This document shows, piece by piece, positions 1 through 14,074 of a stretch of 64,000 nt of DNA. How positions within the stretch are numbered: position 1 is the first letter of the stretch; each line of letters begins with the position of its first letter. Where the stretch lies: NCBI RefSeq assembly GCF_009914755.1, contig NC_060936.1; one strand, given 5' to 3'. This DNA comes from the human T2T-CHM13v2.0 reference genome, Homo sapiens. The notes under the pieces are model-generated. The model was not told the DNA's origin. It worked only from the letters and a program-made list of their open reading frames with translations, and did no database searches. Position numbers and translations under genes: made by a program.

Positions 1-430
1 CACAGTAGTAGGGCTGGCAGGTTCAGGTAGAGCCATGAGTTTCAGACATGCAAAAATTCCTGAAAAGATATCTCAAAAGGCCCATCTTTGGTTCTATGAT
101 AGTGATGTTATTTGCAGGAGTAATTAGGGAAGTTGCATTATCTTATAACCTCCAGAATAAAGGCTGACAATCATTTATGTCTCTGCCTTAGCAAGACTCA
201 TGCTCCTCTCCTACCCCAGTCTGATGGCCTCCCATTAGCTTTACAAAAGTGGTTGAGTTTCAGGGCAAAGCCCATTATCATTTAAACTATAGCCTGAATG
301 TCTTCCAAAGTTAGCTTTGCCCAATAGCCCAGGAATAATTAAAGGAAAGGCAAGATAGGGGTGGACTAGCTCAGATCTCTTTCAGTGTCATAATTTTCTC
401 ACTGATATACTTTTTTCAAAAGTGGTTTTA
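1..430 (-). mobile_element. ERV1 solo LTR, LTR8-like/MER4 group, cut by the window edge
   Basis: Reverse complement begins taaaaccacttttg...gaaaattatgacactgaaagagatctgagcta...gctaactttggaag, resembling the LTR8-type 5' end. Subfamily uncertain. Confidence 0.6.
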
Positions 431-905
431 CCTCAGAGAGGAAAGGATGTCATTGTTGAGAAATACTTTTTTTTTAATAGTTAACCACCAATTCCTGGAC
501 CAGATATAACTGACTTTGCACCCTAGGATTTTAACCATCTGCTATACTGCTTTCTCTGATTTTGTTTTCTTTGCCCAGTTGCAGCCCTTCAAAGCTCCAC
601 TCTTAGTTACCAAGCAGACTTTCTTCCTGCTGCTCCATCTCTTTTTATTGAGGTCACTTCAATCTCCTTCTGTCTCTTGTATCCTCCCGTTATTGGTTCC
701 ACCTTGGCAACTTATTTGGATCTGCCTCTTGCTAAACGTGTATGCTATGTCCTGCTGTGTTTTCTGGTTTGGGTCACACTGCCCTACAAGAAAACTTTGG
801 AATCAATGTCCAGGATCTTAGGCGATTCCCTTCATTTGGGGTAAATCCCTGGGGGCTTCATGAAAGTTGAGATGCTGTGGGCAATATTGACACAGGAGTT
901 TTCTT

Positions 906-1599
906 AGTTACTTTGTAAGCCAGGGACCTCCAGCCAGTGATGCCCCTGCCTGGGCCTCAGTCGGCCATGCTCCCTGCCACTGGAGGCAGCTGCCCACTCA
1001 ACCCACCCAGGCTGTGCCTGGCTTGTGCACCAGCTGAGCCTGCAGCTGGGCCAAGCATGCTCCAGTCCACCTGTGCTATAGCTCATACCCACGTTCAGCA
1101 GTTCCTGAGTTCTTGTCCCATGTCCAAGAATAATGAGGATATTCTGACAGTTGAAGGGTGAGGAGGGCAGAGAAGAATTTTGTTGAGGATGAAACAGCTT
1201 TTAGCCAAGAAGGGTCGTGAGGGTGGTCAGCCACCTGGAGTTGGGTGTTTCTCTCCCAGTGTGGCTGAGTCCAGAACTTTGATGGGCTCATAATAGGGGA
1301 GTGCATACTGATTGGTTTGTGAGTATGCAAAAAAGGTTAAAAACAAAGGCAGCACTCAAAGGTGGGCATGGCAGTGTGAAAAAACAATTAGGGAAGGGTA
1401 GGTATATGTAAAATAGGTGAAGGCTGGGGATCAATCAGAGGAAAGCATGCCAAAAGGGAAGACAGGTTCTCAATCTTTTCCCTGGATTTGAATTATAGCT
1501 TGGCTTTCAGGCTTTAAACTGTCTTTGGTTTGGAGTTGGGGTTTCATAGGGGTCCCACTCCTATCTGCCTAGGCATTTGTCTGCTTCCTTCCACTATCA
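906..1599 (-). mobile_element. ERV1 solo LTR, LTR27/LTR28-like (LTR1/MER52 group)
   Basis: Reverse complement starts tgatagtggaaggaagcagacaaatgcctaggcagataggagtgggacccctatgaaacc...aagacagtttaaagcctgaaagccaagcta, typical of this LTR group. Confidence 0.65.
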
Positions 1600-1699
1600 A
1601 TATGAACCTAATGACAGTGCTGGAGTATATTGATTCAACCATTCTCTTGCAATTTCTTGTCCCCTTTACCTTCCAATATTGTGACTCTCATTCTCAAAT

Positions 1700-3630
1700 G
1701 GGCCCTCAATGTTCCCCAGTAGATTCACCCACCATATTTTCTTAGTACATTCTCTCTTACACCTTCACAGATGGCCATCTTATGCCATCTCTCTCCTTCA
1801 ACCACCAGTACCTCCTCCTCGCTTTCCAATCAGAATAGCTGGCCTTTCTTCCTCTATAGAAAATCAAAGAAACCAAAGGATACAATTCCATATGCTCCCA
1901 AAACCACTTCTACTGACTTATTAATATATTTGCCTTTCCCCCATCACCCGTAGATAGAATAACCACCAACTCATCTATGGTCAATCCCTTCATTTGGGCA
2001 CTAGCTCCCAACCCTTCATGCCAATTCAAATACATTAGTTTAGCAACTGTCTATTCTCTGTGGCATCATCAATTTCCCCTCTTTACTATATCATTCTCAA
2101 TATCATACCAATATGCTATAAAACCTCTTATCTACACCTTTCTTGTTGCTGCCCCATTTCCCAGTCCTCTGTTCCAGTAAATTTTTTGATAATGTTATCT
2201 ATGTTTGCTATCTCTATTCCTCTCTTCTAATATTTTTCAGTACCCATGACAATCAGGCTTTTAATTCACTGAAACAGCTTTTGTCAAGGTCTCCAATGAC
2301 CTGTAATTGCCAAGTGCAATGGTCAATTCTCTGTTCTCATCTAATATTTAATAGAGTGATCATTTCCTTATTTCCACTTTCTTCACTTGACTTCTGGCAT
2401 ATTTCTCTCTCTATCTCACTCTCCCTCTCTCAGTGCCCTTCTTCCTTAGCTATTTCTTCCTAATCTTCTTTGCTGGTTTCTATTCATCTCTCCTAACTCT
2501 AAATTGGAGGGCCCTATGACACAGTACTCAGATGTCTTCCTTCACTCCCTAGGTGAGCGCAACTAGTCTCATGGCTTTCAACATGCCCTCACTTCCAAAC
2601 TTATACTTCTAGCCCAGGGGTCTCGGCTGAACTCCAGACTCATATACTCAACCGTATAGTTGACATTTCCACTTACAAGTATAATATGTAACTCAAGCTT
2701 ACATGTCCAGACCAAATACTGATTTTCTACATTCCTGCCCCAACCTGCTTCTCCTATAGGCCACCCCATGTCAGTAAGTGGTAATTCCATTTTTTCATTG
2801 CTCTGGTTAAAACATTCCCTTTCCCTTTCTCTTCTACCATATTCAACCTATTACTAATCCTACTTGATCTATGTTCAAAATATATCTAAAATCTGACTAT
2901 GTCTAGCTGTCTCTACTACTATCACCACTGTCCAAGCCACTGTAATCTTGTTTGTGTATTATATCTACAAGCTGTTAACTGGTCCTTCTACTTCTACACT
3001 TGTTTCAATCTATTCAGTCTATTCACTATACAGTAGCTAGAATGCTCTTTTGAAAATGGAAGGTTGGGTGCTGTTACATTTCTAACCAATACTATCCAAT
3101 GACTTCCTAGCTCATGCCAAGTAATAGACAAAAATCCTGTGTCTACAAAATGCTTTCCTCTCTTCCCAACCTTTTCAACTTTGTCTCCTACCAATTCCCC
3201 ACTCATGGCTTATTCTGCTTCAACTACATCAGCCTTGCTGCTGGCTTCAGGGGTTTTGTATGCAGTTTCTTCCGCCTAAATGTTTACCCTGAGTTCTACG
3301 GCTCCCTTCCTCACTTCCTCCAGGTCATTGTCCATGTGTGCCTCCTCACTTCCTCCAGGTCATTGCCCATGTGTGCCTTCACTGGCAAAGCCTCCCTGAC
3401 CTAGTATTAAGAAGCCTCAATACCTCATGACTGTCCCCAGCCCTCCCTACTCTATCATGTGCTTATTTCTTCATTTGTTTTGCTTATTATTTTTTATTGG
3501 CAATCTCCTTTCACTAGACTATAAACTCTATGAGGGCAGCAAGCTTTCCCTGTTCTTTGAAATGTCCCTCATGCCTACAGTAATATCTGTCTCAGAGTGA
3601 ACTTCAATAAATATTGTTGAATAAATACAT
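1700..3630 (+). mobile_element. LINE-2 (L2a-like) long 3' fragment
   Basis: Pyrimidine-rich L2 body ending in the canonical L2 3' end (cactagactataaactctatgagggcag...tcaataaatattgttgaataaat). 5' boundary approximate. Confidence 0.8.
3308..3377. repeat. 35-bp tandem duplication (2 copies, 1 mismatch)
   Basis: tcctcacttcctccaggtcattg(t/c)ccatgtgtgcc at 3308-3342 and 3343-3377. Confidence 0.95.
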
Positions 3631-3813
3631 TGGGATAATAATGAGATTAACTAATCTGACTTGTTTGCTGAGGAGGTATTTTCTTAGAATGATCACCAAG
3701 CTACAAATATTAAAGGTCTTAGGCAAAAGAAAAAGAAAATGAAAGCAAGCTAAGGTTTCCTGGTAATTTGCTTGGTTTGTGAAGAAGTCAACCTTGATTT
3801 ATATATTACCTGA

Positions 3814-4150
<337 letters not shown>

Positions 4151-4460
4151 TAACATTATAACTAGGCCTGTGCTCACAGTAAAGGAGCAGAAAATGCCAT
4201 ATGAAGCTTGCCTTTGAAGTGTCCTTACAAACGTTCTGACACAATCTTCTCCCATCACAGACAGGCCAATGCTTGCTCAAGGGCACTCAGCAAATCAAGG
4301 GCAGAGCTTTTTATTTTTGAATCTATTTTAACATACTTGTATAACAGAGATGCTTCAATTTTCTTTCTTTTTTTTGGTAATAAAAACTATCCAAAATTTA
4401 ACAACAAGAGAGTTCGGTGCTCTTTTAAAGTCATGTAAGAGCCCTGACTTACCAGCCTAC

Positions 4461-4782
4461 CAGATCTGTCCAACAGAAATACAACGTGAACCTTATATGT
4501 AATCTGAATTTTCTAGTAGCCACAGTAAAACATTTTAAAAGAAATGGGTGAAATTAATTTGAATAATATATTTTATTTAACCCAATGTATGAAAAATATT
4601 ATTTTGACCTGTAGTCAATATGGAAACTTATTAGTGGGGAAGTTTACATTCTTTTTTTTTTCATGCTGTTTTTGAAATTCAGTGTGTACTTTACACTTGT
4701 AGCAGGTCTCAATGTGGACTTGCCACACTTCAAGTGCTCTATAGCCACATGTGACTAGTGGCTTACATATTAACCAATACAG
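4461..4782. mobile_element. MER33 (hAT-Charlie non-autonomous DNA transposon)
   Basis: ctgtccaacagaaat...ttttctagtagccac...gtgaaattaattt...caagtgctctatagccacatgtgactagtggct matches MER33 along its length. Confidence 0.85.
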
Positions 4783-4841
4783 CTTTAGGGAAACCACATA
4801 TTTGACATTTTTTAAAAAAAATTTTTAATTTTTAATGACAT

Positions 4842-5155
<314 letters not shown>

Positions 5156-7169
5156 GTCATTTATTTTTAATAGTCTCCAGATTCCATAAATTTTGATCAT
5201 AATGTTAATTTAGAGATGACTGGTTTAATGCAATCAACCTTTTGTCCAGTAGTGAAACAAATAACTTTTATTTAGTAGAAAATATAACATCAACAATCAT
5301 GATTTCATTGTCATGTGGGAGTTTTGTACCTCAGTTTTTCATCCTTCGTCAGCATTCTTTTCTGTGCTGACCATATGTCCACCCACTCACCACATGTCCA
5401 CAGAACAGCCTTTCCTATTTCCTTCTGAATCAACTTTGCAGACCTGGTTACTTCCAATATTAGTGAGTTAAATGCCTCTTTGGCATGTATTCATCAAAGA
5501 TTTGCAAGAGAATTATGTTTTTAACTTTTGGAAATGTATATTTTGACATGTGGATATTTTAATTGGCATAGTTTAAGGCATCAAATTTGTACATTGAAAT
5601 GTTTCATCTTTTCAGTCAGCATCATCAAATTTGTCTCTTTTAGCTGGCACACAGAAATCTAATCACAGAATAAGTACATGACTGCCAGTACAGAGGGATT
5701 TGTGGAACCTTAAGACAATCCTTTTTGCTGAGAAATTATCACCCTTTAGGGCTGAATTAAATTCCAGCCAGGTGTCAACAAACTAGAAAACACAGTTATC
5801 TGGAAAGGGAGACATCAGTAAAGCCTCTTGCCACCCCCTGTCCCACACCTGAGAATTTTCCTGAGGAAACAGGACAAAGTAGCCAAAAGTATTGAGGAAG
5901 GAAGCATAAATCTTACTTTGTGTGTGTTGCAGCAGGGACTGGGGAGTAAGTATGAAGATGATGGAACATGAGGACAATTGTGTCACAGGTGCTCTGAGAG
6001 TTTCTTGAAGAAAAAATACTTCCTAATTTCACTTGGATTTGGCCTTACCAACATTTTAAACCACATGAAGGCATGATGACATTGGCACAGCAAACATCTG
6101 TTTAACTTACTGGAATTTACCTATGTCCCACTTGAAGAAAACAGAGAGTAAAGGAGAAACATAGAGCAAGAGAGAAAGAGTGAGAGAGATCTCTTTAGTT
6201 GTACGTTTGTCTTTTTCTTTGTCAAATCATGGCCTCTCCTGTTGCAGGCCTCAGGGAAAGAGAAACGAGAGCACAAGGTCCAAGTGACACATATAAGATT
6301 AATTCAGTGTTTGAGTTTCCAAACACTAACTTATTTAAGAGTTAAAGGATGTTCAAAAGCAATTTTGACTGTATGTGATTTTTGACTTACCTAACCCCTG
6401 AAGAGAATAAATATCCTACCCTGTTATCATAGAAACCTGTCAAGCAATTTAAGTAAACCATGATTCAGAGCATCCTTGTATCTCCTTGTTACCCAGTGCC
6501 ATTTCCCAGCACTTAAAAACCTGTTCCTTCAACATACTTCTTCTGAGCTCCACCCATTTGCATCTCCTCTCCTTCCTTCTTGGAAGGCTTCTGCTCCTAG
6601 TTCACAGTCTCACTTGAATCTCTCATTTAATCTGGCTTTTATAAAAAGTTTCTACAACGAAGTAGAAAAAAACCTCCACCTTTTTCTTAACTTGGGCTTG
6701 TCCACAGGTCATTTTCTGCACATATCACAAATTTCTCAGCTCTTTAAGCAAGATTCTTTGTCATACTCTGGTCTTGTTACCTCCACTGGAGACCTTTTTG
6801 GAAGAGGAGGTCCTTTTATTTCTTGTCCCCTTGCTCTGGACAGCTTTATCTGCTTGCTTTTCATTGTCTGTCTTCCCTACCATTCCGTCATAAGTGCAGG
6901 GACTATATGTTATTCACCATCCCGTCTGGGCATTGTAGGCATACAATTTTGTTGTTGTTTTGAGTAAACAATTGAAAGCAACACGTTGTTAATAAAGAAG
7001 TAGGTGTCTAAATCAAAGCTATTCAAAACTTGGAGAAAAGAAGGAATTGTTGAATGACTGCTGTTTCAAACAGTTTGCTTATACTATTTGATACAGCAAT
7101 ACTGAGAGATATGTATTATCACCATTTTATAGACTAAGAGTTTGGGAGTCAGAGAGGTAATGGGAACTC

Positions 7170-7624
7170 ACTCATTGGTTCTCGGCCTACTAGTTGATTC
7201 CTGCAGGCTAAATTTCCCAGGCTTGCTGTGTAACTGACTTCTAGCTGAGTTTGGACCAAGTGCAACATCAAGCCTTCGTCCTGTGGGCAGGACAAAGGAC
7301 ACTGGGGAGTATCTCTCTGTCCTCTTGTTTCTCAGAGAACACTGGTGTCCTCTCTGGTGCTCCATTTTCTATTCCTCCATCTCCTTCTGATTCTAGCTTT
7401 TTCCAATTGACTCCAGCCCCATACTCCAATAGATGTCTTTTCCTTCACAATCACTTCAGCCTAAGGATGGTAGTCATTTCTTGCTACTGCTAATCTTGGT
7501 TGATTAAACACTTCCTGTTTAGCTTTTCATCTCTTTTTCATTGTGTCACCCTTTTCTTGTATAACTTTTTTGCTAGTTTACATATGTAGAGTGGCTTCTG
7601 TTTTCTGACTGGACTTGAAATACA
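7170..7624 (+). mobile_element. Old ERVL-type LTR fragment (LTR33/LTR16-like)
   Basis: Ends ...agagtggcttctgttttctgactggacttgaaataca, like an ERVL LTR 3' end. Highly diverged. Confidence 0.4.
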
Positions 7625-7720
7625 CAGGGAGTTTATCCATGCAAACTCTGCCAACCTGTACCTTTCTCTGGTTAAAATACTAAGTGCTAAGTACTGTTAC
7701 TGGCATATCTGGCATATTTC

Positions 7721-8011
7721 TTTTATCTTTCTTTCTTTTTTTTTTTGGAGACATAGTCTTGCTCTGTCACCAAGTCCATGATCTCAGCTCAGTGCAACCT
7801 CCACCTCCTCCTGCCTCAACCTCCTGTGTAGCTGGGACTATAGGTGTGTGCAACCATGCCTGGCTAGGTTTTGTATTTTTTGTAGAGATGCGGGTTTTAC
7901 CATGTTTTACCATGCTTCCCAGGATGCTCTCAAACTCCCTGGCTCAAACAATCCACCTGCCTCAGCCTCCCAATGTGCTAAGATTATAGGCATGAGCCAC
8001 CATGCCTGGCC
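7721..8011 (-). mobile_element. Alu (AluJ-like, internally deleted)
   Basis: Poly-T, gctgggactataggtgtgtgcaaccatgcctggcta, ggctcaaacaatcc. Flanks repeat gttactggc(a/t)tat. Confidence 0.9.
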
Positions 8012-8867
8012 TCAGTTACTGGCTTATTTCTAAGAATCCAACTTTGCAGTAGATGAGAGCAACACATATCTTTCCTAGTCTGAGTAGAAATGCAAAGATG
8101 AATAGTGATAATAATTTTATTTCATAATTATCCATGCAACTTCCAAATCCTTTCACATGACATTTAATTTTCACTATATTTTAGGAGGAGCCAAATATTT
8201 TCTCAGCCTTTCAGACAGAGTAAAGCTGAGGCAAAATAAAGTCAAATGATTTGTCTAGGTTTTTGGGTAAGCCAGAGCTTTTTCTACTAGGATGTTACGA
8301 TTAAGAGTCAACATTTGCAAACTCCTTTCAACAGAGATGGAAGGGAGGGAAACAGACAGAGGAATGCCATCTAACTTTCAGTGGCACTTAAAGTCACACT
8401 CCAAATGTCTTTAGCAATGCCACTTGGGAACATCACAGGGCATTTGCAGCAATCTCAAAGACGCTTGGCATTCAAATCAGATATTGCCACAAAAGATACA
8501 GAAGAATGCTAAGAAAAAATATACATTATATGCGTCTGTAGATGTATGCACATCCATATCCATATGTACACCTGCATTAGTATTGTCTGTGTAACATAAG
8601 GAGACAGAGACTAGAAGTGTAGTCTCTATTTCCTCCCAACTAATAAAATTACTCTTACTTTCAACACGAAGGCAGATTAAAACATGTATAATATACAAAC
8701 AGCCACTTCTATTACATAAGATGATCATGTAAGAGAAAAAATATTAACTATATATAAATGTCAAAAAAACTAGTAATCAATGATGTTAGTACTAGTTTTA
8801 AAGAATGTGTGGAATAAACCAAAAGAAAATGCCATTAAAAAAAAAAACAACAACAACAACAGTGTAA

Positions 8868-9067
8868 GCAGTACTTGGTGGCTCATGCCTGTAATCCTAG
8901 CACTTTGGGAGGCCAAGACAGAATGATCGCTTAAGCTCAGAAGTTGGAGACCAGCCTTGGCACCATAGAAAGACCTCATCTCTACCAAAAATCAGATAAA
9001 TTAATTGGGTGTGGTGGTGTACACCTGTAGTCCCAGCTACATGGGAGGCTGACATGGGAGGATCACC
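8868..9067 (+). mobile_element. Alu (AluJ-like), 3'-truncated
   Basis: ggtggctcatgcctgtaatcctagcactttgggaggcc... stops at gggaggatcac in the right monomer with no A-tail. Confidence 0.9.
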
Positions 9068-9464
9068 TTATTTTGCATTCTTCCATAGTTCTTGGAAAAT
9101 GACAGGTATGATTATTCTTTTGTTATACATACCACCTATCAGCACAGCAGTCAACAGGAATTCAGTGAGTTTTATCTTGTTACTCTGTTTTATGGGGAAT
9201 ATGATAATCTTTTCAAACATAGTTGGTGATGTTCATGGTCTAATAACATCTACTGTGGGCAGGGCTGGGCTCTGAAGACAGGCCAGCCCATTAATTGGAG
9301 CAACTCCCAAGTGTAGGTCCAACAAGAAGAACATAGCATGGGACACAAGTAAACAGTTAGGGATTCTGGGCAAGCAAGTCTCACAGGATGGGTGTTTTAA
9401 AATAAAGCAACAGGAGATCCTGGCCCATGGATAGGACATAGACCATGCAATTCAAGAACAGATT

Positions 9465-10020
9465 TATTATTCAGGTGTTTTTCCATTGCAAATGACAGAA
9501 ATTCAACTCAAAACAGCCTTTTCACAAAAGAGAATATATTGTTTCACGTACCAAGAAGTCTGAAAGCACTGAAATTTCAGTCACAGCTAGACCCAGTGGC
9601 TCACTTAAAGATATTTTAAATAGTACTCTGTCTCACTCTTCATCTCTTGAACAGGCTCATGCTGCATGGTAGGCCAAATGGCTCACCAGAGCCCGATTTC
9701 ATATCTTAGTATCCTATTAACCTCAACAGAATAGGTCTTTTCTGATTGCCCCAGAAGAACGGTTCTAAGGAAGATACTTCTTGGCCTGTCTCGAGTCAGG
9801 TGCATATTCCTGGACCTGTCACAATGGCCAGGAGGCTCCCCAAAGATGGGGGAATTTTGGCCAGGCCTGGATCCTATTCCCTCCTCTGTTTAATGGGGAG
9901 TGACAAGATGTATATGAACCACATGAAATGGATTTCCCAAAGGAAAGAGGAATTACATTACAGAATAAGAAGGAGGGAAAGCCAGGTAGGCCAGAATAAT
10001 AAATGTCCACTACATAAACA
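9465..10020 (-). mobile_element. Old MaLR LTR (MLT1-type)
   Basis: ttgcaaatgacagaaattcaactcaaaacagc...tattgtttcacgtaccaagaagtc resembles the antisense MLT1K/N end. Boundaries approximate. Confidence 0.5.
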
Positions 10021-10946
10021 ATAATATTCAGAAAGACAGGGGTTTGACACACAGGAAGCCTTTACATGTGTGAAAACAAACGGATTCTTTGTTTGTGAGG
10101 GATGCCCAGAGGTGGTAAAGATACCAGTGGGGAATGGACACGATGCTGTTATGATATGCATTTTTTTCCCAGAATATGTGTCAGTAAAAAGGAGAAATTG
10201 AGTAACACCAAACTAAAAGATAAAAGATGAATTCTCTACCACCATTTTTTTTTGTCTTCTACGTGAGCAGCAGGTAAAAAATTGCTCCCCTGAAATGGAT
10301 CATTAATTTAAAACTAGCTAAATGTAAGTTGTCAGAGAAATGTCAAGAGTTATGGATCTAGTAAAGTTAGTGAAAATATAAAGTGTGTAATTGCTTACAA
10401 ATGAAAATAAAACCCAAATGTTTTCTATCATTGAAAATAGTAGCCATTTACCTGTGGCCCTATTTTAAGTTATAATTATAAAAATTCATTATTGTTTACA
10501 TTATCTTTATTTCCATTTTTTACTTTTTGCAATTGACTATTTCTACTTCTATTTTTAAATGTTGCCTTTTGCAGTTAATTAAGGGATGGTTCTTTTTCAG
10601 TGTAGAAGGCAAAGACAGTTTTAGTAGAGAAGAAAGAGATAGGGTTTGGGGTTATTGGCTGATTATACTTGATTCCTTTTGAACTATTCCTTCTATCTAA
10701 CAAGAAGTGAAAAAATGTATGCTGAATACAGCATTAATTATCCATGGCTGGATCCTGGAAGCCACATTGAAGTTCTCTGAATAATGAGAAAGTGCTGAAA
10801 ATAAATATTAAAGATAAAGTATTACTGACCATGAATTATTATACTTTGAAAACATTTTGTTTATATTTGACTCTTTTAAGAATATAATGTCTTCAAATTC
10901 TTCAGCCTTCTGTGCCATTTCTCTCTCTTTTTGAACCTTAAATATG

Positions 10947-11130
10947 AATGTTCTTAGTAGCACTGTTCACAATAGCCAAAACTTGGAAAGAACCTCAATG
11001 CCCATCAACTGATGAATGGAGAAACAAAATTAGGTACATTCATACAAGATTCTTAAAAATTTCCATTTTTATTTTAGATTCATGGGGTAAATGTACAGAT
11101 TTATTACAAGGGTATATTGTGTGGTGCTGA
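10947..11130. mobile_element. Two short L1 3' fragments: L1M (+, ~10947-11047) and L1PB/PA-old 3' end (-, ~11060-11130)
   Basis: aatgttcttagtagcactgttcacaatagccaaaacttggaaag...cccatcaactgatgaatgg, followed by ttttagattcatggggtaaatgtacagatttattacaagggtatattgtgt. Confidence 0.7.
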
Positions 11131-11162
11131 CACTTCTGTCTTTAAAATCCTAGTAACAGTAG

Positions 11163-13509
11163 TGATATGATTTGGCTGTGTCCCCACCAAAATCTCATCT
11201 TGAATTGTAGTTTCTGTACTTCCCATATGTCATGGGAAGGACCTGGTGGGATGTAATTGAATCATGGGGCAGTTACCCCCATGCTGCTCTTCTCGTGATA
11301 TTAAGTGAGTTCTCACAGGATCTAATGGTTTTATAAGGGGCTTTTTGCTTTTTGCACAGCACTTCTCCTTCCTGCCATGATATGAAGAAGGATGTGTTTG
11401 CTTCCTCTTCCACCATGATTATAAGTTTCATGAGGCCTCCCCACCCATGCAGAACTGTGAGCCAATTAAACCTTTTTCCCTTATAAATTACCTGGTCTTC
11501 GGCAGTTCTTTTTAGCAGCAGGGGAATGGGCTAACACAGCAAATTGGCACTGGGCAGTGGGGCATTGCTGTAAAGATACCGAAAAATGTGGAAGCAACTT
11601 GGAACTGGGTAACAGACAGAGGTTGGAATAGTTTGGAGGGCTCAGCGGAAGAAAGAAGATGTGGGAAAGTTTGGAACTTCCCAGACATTTGTTGAATGGC
11701 TTTGACCAAAATGCTGATAGTGATATGGACAATGAAGTTTAGGCTGAGGTGGTCTCAGATGGAGATAGGAACTTGTTTGGAACTGGAATAAAGGTTATTC
11801 TTTCTATTTTAGCAAAGAGACTGGCAGCATTTTGCCCCTGCCCTAGAGATCTGTGGAACTTTGAACTTGAGAGAGATCATTTAGTGTATCTGGCAAAAGA
11901 AATTTCTAAGCAGCAAGGCATTCAAGATGTGACTTGGGTACTGTTAAAAACATTCAGCTTTATGTATTCACAAAGATATGGTTTGGAATGGGAACTTATG
12001 TTTAAAAGGGAAGCAGAGCATAAGAGTTTGGAAAATTTGCAGCCTGATGATGTAATAGAAAATAAAACCCATTTTCTGAGGAGAATTCAAGCTGGCTGAA
12101 GAAATCTGCATAAGAAACAAGGAGCCAGATGTTAATTGCCAAGACAACAGGAAAAATGTATCCAGGGCATGCCAGAGGTCTTCATGGCAGCCCCTCCCAT
12201 CACAGGCCCAGAGGCCTTGGGGAAAAATGGTTTTGTGTGCTGGGTCCAGGGCCTTGCTGTTTTGTGCAGTCTTCGCACTTGGTGTCCCGGCCAGCTGTGG
12301 CTAAAAGGGGTCAAGGTATAGTTTGGGTTGTTGCTTCAGAGGGTGCAAGCCCTAAGCCTTGGCAGCTTCCACATGGTGTCGAGTTTGCGGGTGCACAGAA
12401 GTCAAGAATTGAGGTTTGGGAACCTCTGCCTAGATTTCTGAGGATGTATGGAAATGCCTGATGTCCAGGCAGAAGTCTGCTGCAGGGGCAGAGCCCTCAT
12501 GGAGAACCTCTGGGGAAAATGTGGAAGGGAAATGTGGGGTTGCAGCCCCCGCACAGAGTCCCCACTGGGGCACTGCCTAGCTGAGCTGTGAGAAGAGGGC
12601 CACTGTTCTCCAGACCCCAGAATTGTAGATCCACCAACAGCTTACAGCACAAGCCTGGAAAAGCTGCAGACACTCAATGCCAGCCTATGAAGGCAGCCAG
12701 AAAGGGGGCTGTACCCTGCAAAGCCACAGGTGTGAGACTCCCCAAAGCTGTGGGAGCCCACCTCTTGCTTCAGCATGACCTGGAGGTGAGACATGGAGTC
12801 AAAAGAGATCATTTTGGAGCTTTAAGATTTGACTGCCCTGCTAGATTTTGGACTTGCTTGGGTCCTGTAGCCCCTTTGTTTGGACAATTTTTCCAATTTG
12901 GAACTGCTATATTTATCCAATGCCTGTACACCCATTGTATCTAGGAAGTACCTAACTTGCTTTAGAGTTTACAGGCTCATATGCACAGGGACTTGCCTTG
13001 TCTCAGATGAGACTTTGGACTTGGATTTTGGGTTAATGCTGGAATGAGTTAAAACTTTGGGAGACTGTTGTGAAGGCATGACTGTGTTTTGAAATGTGAG
13101 GACATGTGATTTGGAAGGGGCCAGGGAAAGAATGATATGGTTTGGCCATGTCCCCACCCAAATCTCATCTTGAATTGTAGTTTCCATAATCCCTACATGT
13201 AGTGGTAGGGACCCAGTGGGAGGTAATTGAATCATGGGGCTGGTTGTCACCATGCTGCTGTTCTTGTGATAGTAAGTGAGTTCTCACAAGAGCTGATGGT
13301 TTTATAAGGAAACTTTCCCTCTTTGCTTGGCACTTCTCCTTCCTGCTATCATGTGAACAAGGACGTGTTTGCTTTCCCTTCCACAATGATTGTAAGTTTC
13401 CCGAGGCCCTCCAAGCCATGTGGAACTGTGAGTCAATTAAACCTCTTTCCTTTATAAATTGCCCATTCTTGGGCAGTTCTTTATAGCCGCATGAGAATGG
13501 ACTAATACA
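11163..13509 (+). mobile_element. Full-length THE1 (THE1D-like) MaLR provirus: 5' LTR 11163-11538, internal 11539-13132, 3' LTR 13133-13509
   Basis: Two direct LTRs (tgatat..tttggc...taa(c/t)aca) flank a THE1-int body with ORF remnants (11749-12099 etc.). 5-bp TSD agtag/actag with 1 mismatch. Confidence 0.95.
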
Positions 13510-14074
13510 ACTAGTTTGCATTTTTCTATCCTCCTTGATTTATAGGAAATACTGTCTTATACCACATTTCTCTTTCCAAATATTTCTCAGTTAAATATTT
13601 CTCTCTTCTTTTACAAATGCTTCCTGCATGTCACTTGTCATCTTTTACTTCAAGCTGCTTCTCTGGACTTCCAAACATGTCACTGCTTGCAAGGTCAATA
13701 TTACTCTTCTAGGACATTGGAGCACTCCTACGTGTGGGAACATGTTCATCCAACAATTTTTTAAAGTTTACTGTTTAACAAAACTACACAAAAGCATAAT
13801 AACAGAAAAAGTTACAATGTAGACTGCAGATGGGAGGCATGGAAATCTCACAGCCCCCCTTTTGCCAGAGAGCAGACATAATTGTTCCTACATTCACTTG
13901 CCACATCCCTCCTCCAGGGATCAACCAGCACTCTCCTAATTCCCATACATGTCACTCTGCTGCAGAGACTGATTTCCTGGCCATGACCATGTTACTTTAC
14001 ATTAGACCTTCCTTACTTAGAGTCCAGATGTGTAAACTTGAGACATTATGCACAGCTTTTAGAATTTCAATACA

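Noticed and set aside
6476-6967. 163-aa ORF
   Set aside because: Non-ATG start, low-complexity Leu/Ser/Phe composition, overlap with L2-like sequence, and no splice or domain support.
11749-12944. ORFs of 110-118 aa in THE1-int
   Set aside because: Fragmented remnants of the MaLR internal ORF, not a host gene.
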